64,000 nucleotides of DNA from Octopus sinensis (lineage: Eukaryota): the NCBI RefSeq assembly GCF_006345805.1, contig NC_043006.1:82398001-82462000 (forward strand). The letters run 5' to 3'. The notes below the pieces were generated by a model, which saw only the letters and a program-made list of their open reading frames with translations, was not told the DNA's origin and searched no databases. This document shows positions 1-13,554 of the stretch, one piece after another (the first letter of the stretch is position 1; the number at the start of each line of letters is the position of its first letter). A program made the position numbers and the translations under genes.

Positions 1-435
1 TAAATTCAGATCTGGTAAGGATTAATTTTGTTTCATTCCTCAAAAGGTTTGTGAAATAAATACCAGTTGTAAACTATAGTTGATTCAATAGTTCGGTTAT
101 GCTTGTACTTTATAGATTCACAGGCTTTGCATTATGTTCGATGATGTGTAAGTATCATAGATTTGTTTGGTCTGTGGGTTTGTGGTATAGTTTTGACCCC
201 CCTACATGTAACCACTTCATACAGATCATTAATGCCTTTTAAAAAGGCGTTAATGTTGCACCTTTCCCTTTCACCTCACCTAAATGACACAGGCTTCATG
301 ACTGAATTCATCTTTAGTAAATTGTTTTAATAGAGAATGGATCTGCATTAGACTAACATGTTTTGATCACCACCATGCGGACAAAGGTCAATATGTGATG
401 CACCAGTGATTAGATTTGTCTTAAATTAAACAGTC

Positions 436-760
436 GTAGCTGTGTGATAAGAAGCTTGCTTTTCAACCATATGGTTTAGGGTTCAGTCCCACTTTGTAGC
501 ACCTTCTCAAGTGTCTTCTATAACCTCTGGCCAACTAAAGCTCTGTGAGTGGATTTGGTAGATGGAAACTGAAAGAAGCTTGTATGTATATATATGTATA
601 TATAGTTTGTGTCTGTGTTTATGTCCCCATAACTTAGTGGTTCAGCCAAAAGAATAAATACCAGGCTTTAAAAAACAAGTACTGGGGTCAATACATTTGA
701 CTAAAAATTCTTCAAGGAAGTGCCCCAGCATGGCCACAGTCTAATGACTGAAACAAGTAA
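436..760 (+). mobile_element. CORE-type tRNA-derived SINE (octopus OR-like), diverged copy in RER1 intron
   Basis: Head gctgtgtgataagaagcttgc...ggttcagtccc, internal TA/TG microsatellite, tail gactgaaacaagtaaa; same family as many copies below. Confidence 0.8.
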
Positions 761-1062
761 ACAATAAGTGATTTGTTAGATTTTCATTGTTAAATACTGC
801 TTGCATTAAACTGCGACCAGGTCACAATTTCAAGGGACAAATTATTTCAACACCACATTACAAATGATAAATGTTTTTAAGTGATGTTAACAGCTTTTGT
901 ATTTCTGAACATTTAACTTGTGTCTTCCGTGTTGCAATTGTTTTAGTTTCAACACTCAATCTCAGATCAAAGCACCTACCATGCAAGTACATCTCTGTAA
1001 TTATTTGTTTATTCATAATAAATGTGCCGACATTGTATTTCCATGTAAATTTTCTTTTGTAG

Positions 1063-1198
1063 GTATTCTGCATCCAAGTCAATTATCATTGGCTTATTCT
1101 GCACATTGTTTGAAGCTCTGGACATCCCTGTTTTCTGGCCTATCCTGGTTATGTATTTCATCATTTTGTTTACAATCACTATGAAGAGACAAATTAAG
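1063..1198 (+). CDS. RER1: RER1 (Golgi-to-ER retrieval receptor), penultimate coding exon
   Basis: Acceptor tttcttttgtag, donor AAG|gtaag; 136 nt translates as (W)YSASKSIIIGLFCTLFEALDIPVFWPILVMYFIILFTITMKRQIK, containing the conserved RER1 PVFWPILVMYF..LF.ITMKRQIK segment. Confidence 0.96.
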
Positions 1199-1259
1199 GT
1201 AAGAAACCCCCCCCCCTTATTGATTTGTCATTGTAGGTCCATTTTACCCATGCTTGTAT

Positions 1260-1860
1260 GAGATGAACAGATTTTCTTGGATTTTCTCCAGTCTTATCTC
1301 ATCCCTTTTGTGAGAATCAGCTTCTTGAGATTAGTTTAAATACTTCTTCAGTCTTCTCATCTTCACATCTGATTCCTCTTATACCCAGTTTTTCTCTCAC
1401 CTCATTCGTGCGCTGTTGTTCATGCCCTGTCGAGCTTGCCGTCTTCGTTTCTTTCCAGTATCAGCACATCCTTCAGATTCAATACCCTTATCTCATTGTA
1501 CCATGAGGTCCATATTTCATTGCCATGTAATATCACACTATGTATGCAAGAATCAGGCTATCTGTCTTTTCCTGAGACAGAGAACCACTTTGCTGCCCTG
1601 CAGAGGTAAAAGCCCCCTGAACTATTTCTAACCTGTTCTAGATCTGGTTACTGTGTTTATGGAAAACTTCTACCATTGATTAGGTTACTTGTGAAACAAA
1701 AGCTGTCAGTTTCATCTAGAGAGCCTCATGGATATTTGAAAGAATTTATTCTATGGGTGTTCTTAGAGCTAACCATACCTGGGCATATAAAGTTCTTTAC
1801 TCGTGATCCACCAGCATCTCTTTTATACTCTTAGTTTGTATTTGGTTTACAGTACATATT
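1260..1860 (-). mobile_element. Decayed RTE-like LINE reverse-transcriptase C-terminal fragment
   Basis: Minus-strand remnants such as GSLDETDSFCF...RSRTG*K*FRGLLPL resemble the RTE-clade 'DSFCYLG...RIR.GW.KFRELLPLL' region; several stops and frameshifts. Confidence 0.55.
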
Positions 1861-2074
1861 ATAATTTGTACCTGCACCATTTCTTCATATTAGGTAGGGC
1901 CATTTCCCTTCTGTAACCCCCCCCCCCCACAAAAAAAAGAAAAGAAAATGTTTTATGCTAATTAGGTTTTTGTTTGTTAGTTTTCTTTTTCCTTTTTTTT
2001 TTTTAATTAGAACAGTGTAACAGTCTGAGGAAATGGTCAGTGTCTATAGATTTATTTGACCCAGTTGTTGGGGC

Positions 2075-2297
2075 GAGCGTGGCCGTTGCCAGTACTGCCT
2101 GACTGGCCCTCGTGCCGTTGGCACATAAAAGCACCCACTACACTCTCGAAGTGGTTGGTGTTAGGAAGGGCATCCAGCTGTAGAAACTCTGCCAGATCAG
2201 ATTGGAGTCTGGTGCAGCCATCTGGTTCACCAGACCTCAGTCAAATCGTCCAACCCATGCTAGCATGGAAAGCGGACGTTAAACGATGATGATGATG
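2075..2297 (+). mobile_element. SINE/LINE-tail repeat ending in (GAT)n (family with ~60-bp internal tandem units)
   Basis: ggttggtgttaggaagggcatccagctgtagaaac...aaagcggacgttaaacgatgatgatg; other copies near 17140-17570(-), 18400-18570(-), 22020-22470(+), 24555-24745(-), 36780-37225(-), 41945-42348(+), 46230-46700(+), 57075-57270(+), 63765-63955(-). Confidence 0.8.
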
Positions 2298-3232
2298 TGT
2301 GAGGTTAGTGATGCTTTGAATTACTTCAGCTTAGTCAGTTGTCTGATTAACATGGGCCTGAAAGGATTCCCAGAACAATGCAATCATAAGGGTGAAGAAA
2401 ATAAAAGTCACACAAGAAATAATAATGACAAAGGAGAAAGAATGGTGCAGTGTGTTATCGATGCAAACGAGCGGAAGGGTGGACGGAGCAGTTTGGTCAG
2501 CAAACACAAGAACAGACACTGCAATAGTGGCAAAAGAAGTGATATAGAGGGAATATATAAAGTGGGTGAGTTGAGTAGCTGTTGAATGTTAAACTAAAAA
2601 ACAATTTATTTTTCTTACGTTTTGATAAGTAGCTTTTCCTTGAATGTGTGATGGGTTTTCTATCCAGATGTGTAAACAGTTTTTTTTTTTTTTTTTTACA
2701 GGGTATTGAGATGAATTAAAATTAGTTTTTTGCTATTTCTGAAATAGTCTTTGTCATTTCTCAAGGTTCAAACATTGTTTTGAAACAGTGAGAACCTTCT
2801 TTTTTTTTGTTATTTTTTTTCTCAAATATTTAAAAAAAATTTAGTCATCGCCATCTCCTACTTTACTCTGTCTCGAACTGCATTGTCAAATACATCCTTC
2901 CTTTCTTCAAACAATACATTGTGATTTGAGGAAGATTTGGTTGCTATTTCTAACAGGCTGAGCAACAGCATAAGGGCTTCACTACTGATTCAGCTGTTTG
3001 CTTCATTAACTCATCATCTGTTTTCCATACTGGCATGAGTTGGACATAGCTACTAAGTAACATCAATCCATTCACTTTTATCTTATTCTCGCTCAATTGA
3101 AGCAAACATTTTATCCTTGTGCTTCATCCATGTTTACTAAATTTTCTTTTTGCTTGTTTTCTTTGTATTGATGTCTCTTATTTTTGTTATTTTATGGTTA
3201 ACATACTTTTTTTTTCGTCTTTTTTTTTTCAG

Positions 3233-3322
3233 CACATGATCAAGTATAAGTACATCCCATTCACACATGGCAAGGCTGTATATAAGGGGAAGGAAGACTC
3301 AGGAAAGGTCATATCTTCATAG
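3233..3322 (+). CDS. RER1: RER1 last coding exon
   Basis: Polypyrimidine tract + cag acceptor, phase 0, HMIKYKYIPFTHGKAVYKGKEDSGKVISS*, the recognisable RER1 C-terminus; joins in frame to 1063-1198. Confidence 0.96.
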   Translation, partial: HMIKYKYIPFTHGKAVYKGKEDSGKVISS

Positions 3323-3859
3323 CCTTCCTACCTACTACTAATAAGTGTGGGGTGCATGTGTGTGTGTGTATGTATGTATATATGTATCTGTCTATCTTTC
3401 TATGTATGTGTGTGTATGCATATTTTAGTTCATACATAAATGTGTGTGTACATGTATGAATGTGTGTGTGTATATAAAAATCTGTCCTAGTTGATATTGT
3501 CTCCCCTTCCTTCCCCCCCCCCCCTTTCATAGTTTATGGTGAACAGGAAAAGGCTAACGGTGACAGTTGATGGGCAATCGGTGATCTACCAGGTCTTGCT
3601 GCCTTCCCCTCTCTTACTCTTTAACTCTTCCTTTTCCGTTCTTTGGCCAAACCCTACTCACTTAACACATAAAGTAAAAACTAAATTAAGTACTACTTAA
3701 ACGTTATTATCAACAAAATTTAATTTTTCATGCATCAAACCAATATTCCGTATGTTGTAGCTGATTCTGGATGTTTCTCTACCAGCGGTTTTGAAATAGA
3801 TGCTGTTAAACTGAAACTTAGAAAATACCCTTCAATATGTAGAAAACTAACTTAGTCAT

Positions 3860-3894
<35 letters not shown>

Positions 3895-4478
3895 TTCATG
3901 CATGACTTTTTTTCTTCTTCTCTTGGTGGTGTTACCATTTTTGAGTAGTTGCAAGATCTGTGTGAAAAGTAGAATATATAGACTTTCAGATATTGATGAA
4001 AGAAGCTCCTTGTTTCCCATATTACGTTTTAGTCTACTCCCTGCCCTTCTTCTGCCCTTTCTGCAACTCCTTGCTTCTTTCTGACTGATTAGTGCCTGAT
4101 GTATGTACATATGTGCATGCGTATGTATGTACCATGATTTACCGGGTTCAATCCTGTCACACTGCATCCAAGGCAAGTGTCTGTTATTCTCCTACCACAG
4201 TCTTGAGTCGGCCAAAGGCTTGCAAGTAAATATAAGGTCGACGGAAACTGTGTGGAATCCTGCCAGATCGATTGTGCCTGTAATCCAAACGTCTGGCCGT
4301 GTCACCCTCTATGTTAGACTGATTCTGCCTGAGGATTATGGCCAAGGGTTTGCATGATGTCTGTGGAATACTCAGCCATATACATGCGGATTCATTGAGT
4401 AGGTAGTTCAGTTAGTCAAACAACTGAATCTTCTTCATTGAAGCTGACAGAGATCCATTGCCACTGGCTTTTTTTGTT

Positions 4479-4520
<42 letters not shown>

Positions 4521-7500
4521 AAGTTATTTTGTGTCTGTATAGGTGTCTACATACTGTTATGTATGCGATCTTGTTTATAGTTTGCTCTTGTTTGTGTGTT
4601 TGTTTGTTTTTTTTGTGTCTCCCTGGCTTGTATGTGCATATATTTGTGTTTACATCTGTTTATGTATATAATATATAAAACATGATATATGACATAAAAA
4701 TGTATTATATATATATATGAATATATGTAATATGTGATACGTATATTTATATAATATATAATACAATTATATATTATATCTATGAATATATGTAATATAT
4801 ATATACTTACGTATAAACTCACATGCTTAAAAAATTGCTAATGAAAAGAACAAAATGATAACTATAAATATAAATAACATTAACAAACAAGGTCCAATTA
4901 ATATTTGCACTAATTAACAAAACTGCAAACTTGAACATCTACCAAAAAGAAAAAAAAAAAGAAACTACACACACGTGCACACACATATAAAATATGTGCA
5001 TGAGTGTGTCTATACGTATGTATATGTACTTGTATATGCATCTATATCTCCATGTATATATGTATATGCACACACACACACACACATAAACATATACTTG
5101 CTAACACATGCGCACACACACTCATGTATATTGTTTTGGGAGTTATTTCAATAATGATTTCTTTAATGAGTTATTTCAATTAATAAAACTATTAATTTTT
5201 CCTTCCATATTTTTTCCCTTTTGTAATTTTTTTTTTTTAAACTTTTGGATGTTTCTTATATTACATAACTTCATTTTGCACTCTCTCAGATTCCTTTTAA
5301 CATACAGAAAATGGTAAATGAACAATTGGTATCATACTTCAAGATGTGGTTGTTAGAGTACTTGTGAGTGTGTGAGTGAGTATGTATGAGCACTTGAGAG
5401 AGAGAAGGGCTAAAGAGAGAGGGAGAGAGGAAAGTAGTATCTGTTTTCCTTTTTTTTTTTTTCTAAGGTTTGAAGATATTGCTGTTGTTATTCACACTAG
5501 TTTTAGTGTTCTCTTGTGTATCTAACCTATCGGGTAAGCAGTGTCATTTAGTATGATTAGTTAATGTAACATCTACTGATAGGTAAAATATATAGATTAG
5601 TATGTCTGTATGTGTATATAATATTAATGTTTGTTTTTATGTTCAGATCTAATAAAAGCAGTTCTACATTAATATGATAGGTTAGCCTATACTTTAGAAG
5701 AGTGTAAATTTAATATCCTTTTACAAAAATGTTGTTGACAGTGACTTTGAAACTTTGGCCAACTATGTGTGTATCTCTATCTTGTCTCTCTGCTTTATTT
5801 CCTGGTATATTTAAAGATGATTATAAATCAAAATATAAATAAGCATCTCATTATTCTTTGTTAGATGGAAGTAGTGGAGCTAAAGGAATATTTTGCTATC
5901 GTTTTACATACTCTTTCCCATGCTGCTATAAATTGGTCGTGTTTTATGGTCAGAATCCCTTCCTGGTGCCAAGCCTTTTGGTCACCCATTATTCTATGCA
6001 AGACACCTGTTCTAAATAAACTGGAACACACGTGTAGTGCTTAGGATCTAAGCATCCTTTGCTTAAGAAAATATACTTACAGTTTGGGCTGACAAAGTCC
6101 TCAGCCATCATCTGGCTTCTTCAAGCAGCTATAAAATTATGCGCTTTGTATACAGGCAGCCTTTTTTGATCAAGGTTCAATTTTTGTGATATATATATAT
6201 TAAGTTATATATTCTCTTCTCTACCGAGACAGACTGTCAACTGAAATACAAATTAAATATTTGTGTCTCTGTACAGCTGGTTTATATCTACACTGGTTAT
6301 TTTGGTTGTTTGGTATTGACACTACCAGCTGTTATCAATTGGAGGTTTCCAATAAACTATTTGTGGTTTATTTTCAGAATCTAAAAATTCTATCTTTCTC
6401 TGTTACTTGGTCTTTAATTTCTTTCTTATGCGGATCTAGGGTCAAATTTGTAGAAATGCGGGTGGAATGGTGTGTGACAGCTGTGTTCTCGAGGATCTGC
6501 TTCTTTCTGATGAAATAATTCTTTTCCATGTGTATCATCAATTGTTTCATCTTATTAATAAATTAGTTCCTTTTCTGATTTTTTTTTGTTTGTTTGTTTG
6601 TTTGTTGTTAGTTATATTTAGTTCTTTGATTGTTATGAGAAATTAATTGTTCAGTCCCTATGTAGGTGAGCTTTAGTTGTTATTGGTAGCATTATGTAAA
6701 TCTTAAGAAAACTTACCTGCTTCATTTCTCTTATGAGATTGTATGTTGTGTGTGTTTTTAAAACCTTTCTCCTTTTAAAATTCTTATTTTCCTTTTTAAT
6801 GTTTGTCGCTTCTGGTCAATCTCTTCATTTTTAATTAATTAATTTTTATTTTTTGTAACTTAATTTACTTCGAGGAATCCATACTTGTCGTAATTTTTCA
6901 GTATTTATTATATTTTATTTTCATTTCTTCAGGGTTTTGTTTTTCAGTGCATTTCAGTGATTTAGCCAGTCCTTAAATTCTGACATCACTATCACTGACT
7001 CTATTTTAGCTATAAAGTGGCAACTGTTACTAATTCAAGACCTCTGTTGTTATCAGCTAAGCTGACAGTTTAATCCAAGTGTCAAACTTTTGCTTTATAT
7101 TTGGTCTGAGGGGCTACTCCATTGGTTTGAGACATTATTTCTTCTTAGGCTCAGTGATATTTTTTTAAAAAATGAAATAACTTTTCTAACTTGATCCAGT
7201 TCAGATGGTTTGGATACATAAAATGTTAGAATATTATTTCGATAAATGCTTGTAGCATTATGGATTAATTCAGTAAGTTGTGTGGTATGAAAACCACCTA
7301 TTAAACATAAAGAGAAAGATTTAGTTCCTTTTTTCAGATTCAATAAACATTGATATATAAGTAAATATGTAATAAAAATGATAGATAAGGGGCAAAAACA
7401 AAGTAACATGTTTTTTTCACTATCTGGGTTGTGTACAATTTTAGAAATGTTTTTTACAATGTATAGATGAAGAAGACAGTGGATAGGCAGAAGAGATGTT

Positions 7501-7677
7501 GAATGGTATTTCTTTCCAGCCTTTTACATTCTGAGTTCAAATCCCAACAAGGCCAACTTTGCTTTTCATCTCTCCAGAGTTGATAAAAATTAAGTAAATT
7601 TTTGTTAATTGTAGTAGCAAGTGCACAAGATCCTGGGGTTCATGGCACGTAATATCAGTAAAACAGAATATTAATAT

Positions 7678-7880
7678 TACGGAGATCTACCAGCATAGCA
7701 AGTGATTTGATCTGAGATCGTGTGCTGAAACGAAAACAATTGCAGTGTGGAAGGTGTTTGTAAGCCATTTAAGAAACACACAAAAGCCGTTCGATTCACT
7801 TATTTACAAATTAAACTTAAATGTTGAAGTGAATCAAACGGCTTTTGTGTGTTTTTTAAATGGCTTACAAACACCTTCCA
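7678..7880. mobile_element. Fold-back element, short version of the family at 27481-27788
   Basis: Shared start tacggagat...gatctgagatcgtgtgctg; inverted arms about 7748-7801 and 7826-7880. Confidence 0.75.
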
Positions 7881-8837
7881 GAATATTAATAGTATGGGGC
7901 TTAAGATTTTGAATGCATTCTGTGTGTATATACACACACACATTGATGTAATAGTAGTTTGGTAGGTTGCATTTTTTCTTCTGGTTCTTTGCATTCTGAG
8001 CTGGGTACAAAACCTGGATTCATGGTCTATGTATGCCATCATCAATGAATATATTTGATCTTTGGATTTGGATATATAAAAACTGGATGGTGTATTTGAA
8101 ACTAACAGACAGTTATTTGTTTGTCCATTTTATCTTGGGTAATTCCTTTTGTAGCGAGGTTATCAAGTAACTTTAATAGAACTGTGTTACAATTTTTGTG
8201 CTAGGTGTAAAATAAAACCCAGGTTTAACGATTGGCACCAGATAACCAACTTGAAGGTTTGTGTTTTCTTCTCAACCTCTGGTGTTACATTGGGTCTAAG
8301 ACACTTTAGGCTTATTTTATACTCATGTTTATACTCCGCTTATACTCATGTTTAAAAAAAGAATGCAATTATTATTACTATTATATTTAGGGTAGAACTG
8401 TTAGAGCATCAAACCAAATGCTTTGAAGTATTTGTTCAGGCTCTTTAGATTCTGGGTTCAAATCCTGCTGAGTTGAACTTTATATTTTATCTCTCCAAGT
8501 GACAGTTAATTACTGGGGATTGATTTAATCAACTAACTTCCTGTTTTCTCTCATTTTTTTCTTTGTGCCTATATTAGAAAAATTATAATTATTATTATGA
8601 ATAGGATGGTAAGTGACAGAGAAAATGCTTTGCAACGTTCAGTTACTTTCTGGCTTCAAATCTTGCCGAGGTTGACTTTTCCGTTCATCTTTCGTGGATG
8701 GGTAGATGTAGATTGAATAACTTACCAATTAAGCATTGCTAAAATTTATTTCATCAACTAAACCCCTCTCTGTTCCTCCTCACCACCAAAATCTGTGTTC
8801 GTATGCTCATGTTAGAAACCATTCTTACAATCCTTAT

Positions 8838-9044
8838 CCCTTTAACATTTAAACCAGCCATAGCCAGTCCAAATGTTCTACCTCTTCTATGTTCAAACTG
8901 GCTAGATCCAACTTTTCACACCTACCCTACAATGTCATTCTCAGAGTAAAATAATCACATCATTGAAAGACAATGCATGATTAATTCAGAACAATGTGAA
9001 TGAATATGAATTACATTTGACAGAAAAATCTAGATGCTAAAGGG
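8838..9044. mobile_element. piggyBac-like MITE (CCC...GGG ends, TTAA-like flanks)
   Basis: ttat|ccctttaacat...atgctaaaggg|ttaa; a reverse-oriented relative lies at 12581-12779. Confidence 0.65.
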
Positions 9045-9887
9045 TTAATCATTCTATTATTTTGTATTTGGAACATTGCTTACATGAGGCAAAAAAAAAA
9101 ACAAAAAAAACATAGCTCTAGATATCATCATCATCATCATCGTTATCATTTGTCTGTAGTAGCAGGTAGCCACCGCCTCATCAACCATTTTCAGGTTTCA
9201 TAATCTATTGAGGTCCCATGGTTACTGGTAAGAATTTTAATCCTTAGGCAGAATTTGAACTTGGAACCCTTAAAAATGAAACAGATACCACCAGAGATCT
9301 CATTCAATGACACTCTAATATTTTCTTAATGAACTACCCCCTTCAAAAGGATGAAAGGTAAAGTTGGTCTCAACAGGGATTTGAACTCGCAGCACAGAAG
9401 CCCTGAACAAATAACATGAGGCATGCTATGCAACACTCCTAATGACTCTGCCAATTCACCACTTCAATATTTTATACAATGATGATTTATTAATGTGAAT
9501 CTTCAAATTTGCATGGAAACTGCTTCTAAAAGAAAAGGAAAAAAATCAGAGATAGATTGGGATGAGGGGTAGGGTGTATACCTTTTTTTTTTTCCTTTAC
9601 CATTCTAACCATCAATCACCTTCCGATTCTCTGACTGTATAGTATTTTGCATGGCAAAATGGATTTACATGCAACACAGCCAAAGTGTAAACCCTCTAAT
9701 CTCTCTCTCTCTCTTCTCTTTTTCTCTCTCTTTCTATCTCTCTCTCTGAGAACTGGGAAATCACATCAGTTTCTAAACATCTAAAAATTAAATGAAAAAA
9801 TAATAAACAAGCCAGTAATAATCACAGTAAATATATAAATTGCTTTTTTTTTCTTTCTTGGGGAATTAACGTGTGTGTGTGTGTGTG

Positions 9888-9931
<44 letters not shown>

Positions 9932-10744
9932 CATATATATATGTGTGCTCACACACACACATTTGTTCATTTGTTTTACATCCGGATTTCCATGCTAGCG
10001 TGGGTTGGAGGAATATATATATATATATACACTCACACGCGTGCACACAATTATACGTACATATACACGTACATCCTGGGATACTATTATTGCCTTGTTG
10101 AATGACACTTCCTACTCCCATCCATCCTGCTCCCCCAACAACAAAACCAACAACAACAAGAAGTTGATATGTACCTACACTCCCCTATTTCTGTCCCCCC
10201 TGCTTCTCTTTTTTTAATTTCGAATGGTCAATTTATGATAAGAAAAGGAATTAACAAATTACAGAAACAGAAAGAATGAAAAACGAAAAAAAAAAAAAAA
10301 TACAAACAACCAACCCTCAAGTAAAATATATATATATATATACATATATATACACACATATATATGTATATTAACAACAACAAAAAAGGAAAACCAACAA
10401 TTTCTTAAACAAAATCCTGGCTACTGATTTTTTTAATGTCACTCAGAACCTCTGTGTGGAAATAAAAAAATAATCAAACCAACTTATCTGAGTTATTTTC
10501 ATTCTCTGACAGATTTTTTTAATTGTCCATTGCTTTTTTATCTTGGTTTTTTAATATTTATTTATGAAGCTATTATTATTATCATCATCATCATTATTAT
10601 TATTATTATTGCTTTTTTTTTTTGTCATATTCATAGCATGCAAATCGTTGCCTTATTATTATTATTATTATTACTATTCACCAGCTTCAGTTTAGTTTAG
10701 TAATATTAGTTTAATAAATCATGGTGGTGGCAGTGGTTGATTAT

Positions 10745-11865
10745 TGGCAGAATTCATTCGAATGCATTTATTTTTTTTTTCTAAGTACTTAGCTACTGTC
10801 CTTTGTGTTTCAAATGCAAGTCTTGCTGATGTCAACTTTGCCTTTCATCTGTCTGATGGGTATTGCTAGTATAAAGTACCAGTCATATACTAGGTTCGAC
10901 CTTGTAGACTATCTTCATTTCACAAATATCTGAGTCCACATGCCTATTAGTAATTGCTATTGTTGTCGTTATTATTGTGAGCTGGCAGAACTGTTAGCAC
11001 ACCGGGCAAAATGCTCAGCTGTAATTCATGTCTTCACATTCTAAGTTCAAATTCCGCCTAGGTCTATTTTTACCTTTCATCCTTTCTGGGTCATTAAAAT
11101 ATGTACTGTTAAGCGCAGGGTGGGTGGGTGTAATCAATTAGTTCCTTCCCCCAAAATTGCTGGTTTTGTGCCAAAATTTGAAACCATTATTAATAGGATG
11201 ATAGATTGGCAGAAATGATATCATGTGAAACAAGATGACTTTTGGTATTTAGTTACATCTCTATTTGCTTTAAGTTCAAATCCCTCTAGGGTCAACTTTA
11301 CCTAGTAGGATCAATAAAATATAAATACCAATTGAACAACGAGATCAGTTTGACTTCCTCTGAAAAGTTACTGGCTTTGTGCCAAAATTTGAAACCAAAA
11401 TTATTATTATTATTAAGGCAGCAAGCTGGCAGAATCGTTAGCACACTGGATGAAATGCTTTGCGGTATTTCATCTGTCTTTACGTTCTGAGTTCAAATTC
11501 TGCTGAGGTCAACTTCGCTTTTCATCCTTTCAGGGTCGATATACGAAGCACCAGTGAAACGCTAGGGACAATGGGGTTGACTAGTCCCCTCCTCCTGGAT
11601 TTCAGGCCTTGTGTGCCTATAGTAGAAAGGATTTTTATTATTAAGACAGCAAACTGGCAGAATTGTTCATGCATTGGGCAAAATGCTTCGCATTTCTTCC
11701 ACCACTTTCGGTTCTGAATTCAAATCTTTGCTGAAGCTAACTTAGTCTTTCATTGTTCCATGGTTAACAAAATAAAGTACCAGTCAAGTACTGGGCCCAT
11801 TATAATCAACTTAACTCTCCTTTCAAAATTTGCTGGCTTTGTGCCCAAAATTTGAAATTATTACT
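10745..11865 (+). mobile_element. Cluster of about five head-to-tail tRNA-derived SINEs ('ggcgagctggcagaa' family, Meta-domain-like)
   Basis: Repeated ggcagaa...gagttcaaatt...ctttgcctttcatccttt.ggggtcgat...aagtacca units separated by (TTA)n. Confidence 0.75.
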
Positions 11866-12580
11866 ATTCAGTCAGTGAAGTTACAGATACAAAGTGTTTT
11901 AGAAAACATCTTTCCTAGAGACATAATACCAGATCAGCTTTAGACTAAAAGGTTGGTTTGAGCAAATTTTGTGAGTTGTAGCATTTAGTCCTTTCATCAA
12001 GTCATATAAATTCCAGCCAAATATATTGGTACTACATGAAAAGCACTGCTATATACTAGAATTCAAAAAACATTGGGGACAGTACAGGACAATATAATGT
12101 GGGGTTACATAAAATGCATGTAAAAAGTAAAAGATTAGAAAAATATAAATTTTAACAAATAATTCCCCAAAAGAGGGAGATTGCTTAGAGTTGCTTGTGG
12201 AAATCTCACAAGACCACTAGGGCAAGTACCCTCTCTACATGTCTACAGGTGCATGTTTAGAATAGGGCCATTCACTCAGACCATTCTTGCTACATTCACC
12301 CACCTTTCAACAAAATTGCTGAGGATTTTCTTTGATTCTGTGCAACAACAGTAATAATTGTGAAGCAGGAGTATAGTCAATAGAACTGATACTTATAAAA
12401 TATTAGATTTGTATTCCATAAACTCCTCACCAGTCACCAAAATATATCGACTTTGGTGGATCTTGAACTCACAGCATAAGAGGAACAAAGTTAAATACAG
12501 TAAAACTAGATATTATCTCTGGGAGACTGACAATACAATAATAAGGATTCATATTGCAGGCACAAGAACACTTGATTTAG

Positions 12581-12779
12581 CCCTTAAGCATTCAGGTTAT
12601 TCTGTCAAATGTAATTCTTATTTATTCACTTTGTTTTGGATTACTCATGCATTATCTTGTAGATTTGAAATTTTTATGATGTGATTGTTCATTTTTAGAT
12701 TGATATAGGGTAGGTGTGAGAGACAGGATCTGGCCAGTTTGAACATGAAAAGAATATTTGGGGTGGATATGCTAACGGG
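12581..12779. mobile_element. piggyBac-like MITE
   Basis: ttag|cccttaagcat...atgctaacggg|ttaa; reverse-complement relative of 8838-9044. Confidence 0.65.
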
Positions 12780-13511
12780 TTAAAGAATGGATGGTATAAT
12801 TTGGTATTCATGTGTTTGTTTTTTTTAATTGTTTTCAGTGGTATTATTCTTTCATAAATGCATAAAATTCTTATTTGTATAATTAATTTAATTGCATAAT
12901 TTTCCAATTGCCTTGGTTTCTTTGTGGGAACACTGTACATTGAGTTAATGGTCTCGAAAATTTTGTTCAAAATAAGATGGGTACTTAATAAATTAAATAA
13001 TAATAATAATAGTAATAATGGTATCAAATTTTGGGTCAAGATCAACATTTTTTAGTGAGAAGGGGTTAGTTGATTACATTGACCCGAGTACTTGGCTGTT
13101 ACTTTATTTTATTGATCTGGAAAGCATGAAAGGCAAAGTTGACCACGATGAATTTTGAACTCGAAACAAAGAACAAAGAAATGCTACTAAGTATTTTTAC
13201 CAGTTCACCACCCTAATAAAAATAATAATAATTTCTTAAAGAGGTACAATGATAAAAATTTTGTGATTAAATCTACCCCTGTGCTTGACTGGGATTTTAT
13301 TTTAATTCCTCCCACCTCTTCCTCAGAAGTTAACCATGACAGGGTTTGAACCCAGATTGTAAATAGATGTAACTAAATACCATAAAGCATTTTTTCCACC
13401 GCTTTGATGATTCCCTCAGTTTATTTTCATGCATACCGTAATATATTTGTAGAGATGGCTTTTCAAACCTACAGGGGTGAGAATGAGGGGGGAAAGTAAA
13501 GACATTTAGTT

Positions 13512-13554
<43 letters not shown>

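Noticed and set aside
1-20. taaattcagatctg|gtaagg as the end of the preceding RER1 exon (expected ...EFKFW split TG|G)
   Set aside because: The donor and terminal TG fit, but the required frame reads *IQI; it needs a 1-nt indel to give KFRFW and upstream context is missing.
6240-7410. Possible decayed retroelement ORF on the minus strand
   Set aside because: No diagnostic RT or endonuclease motif could be read.
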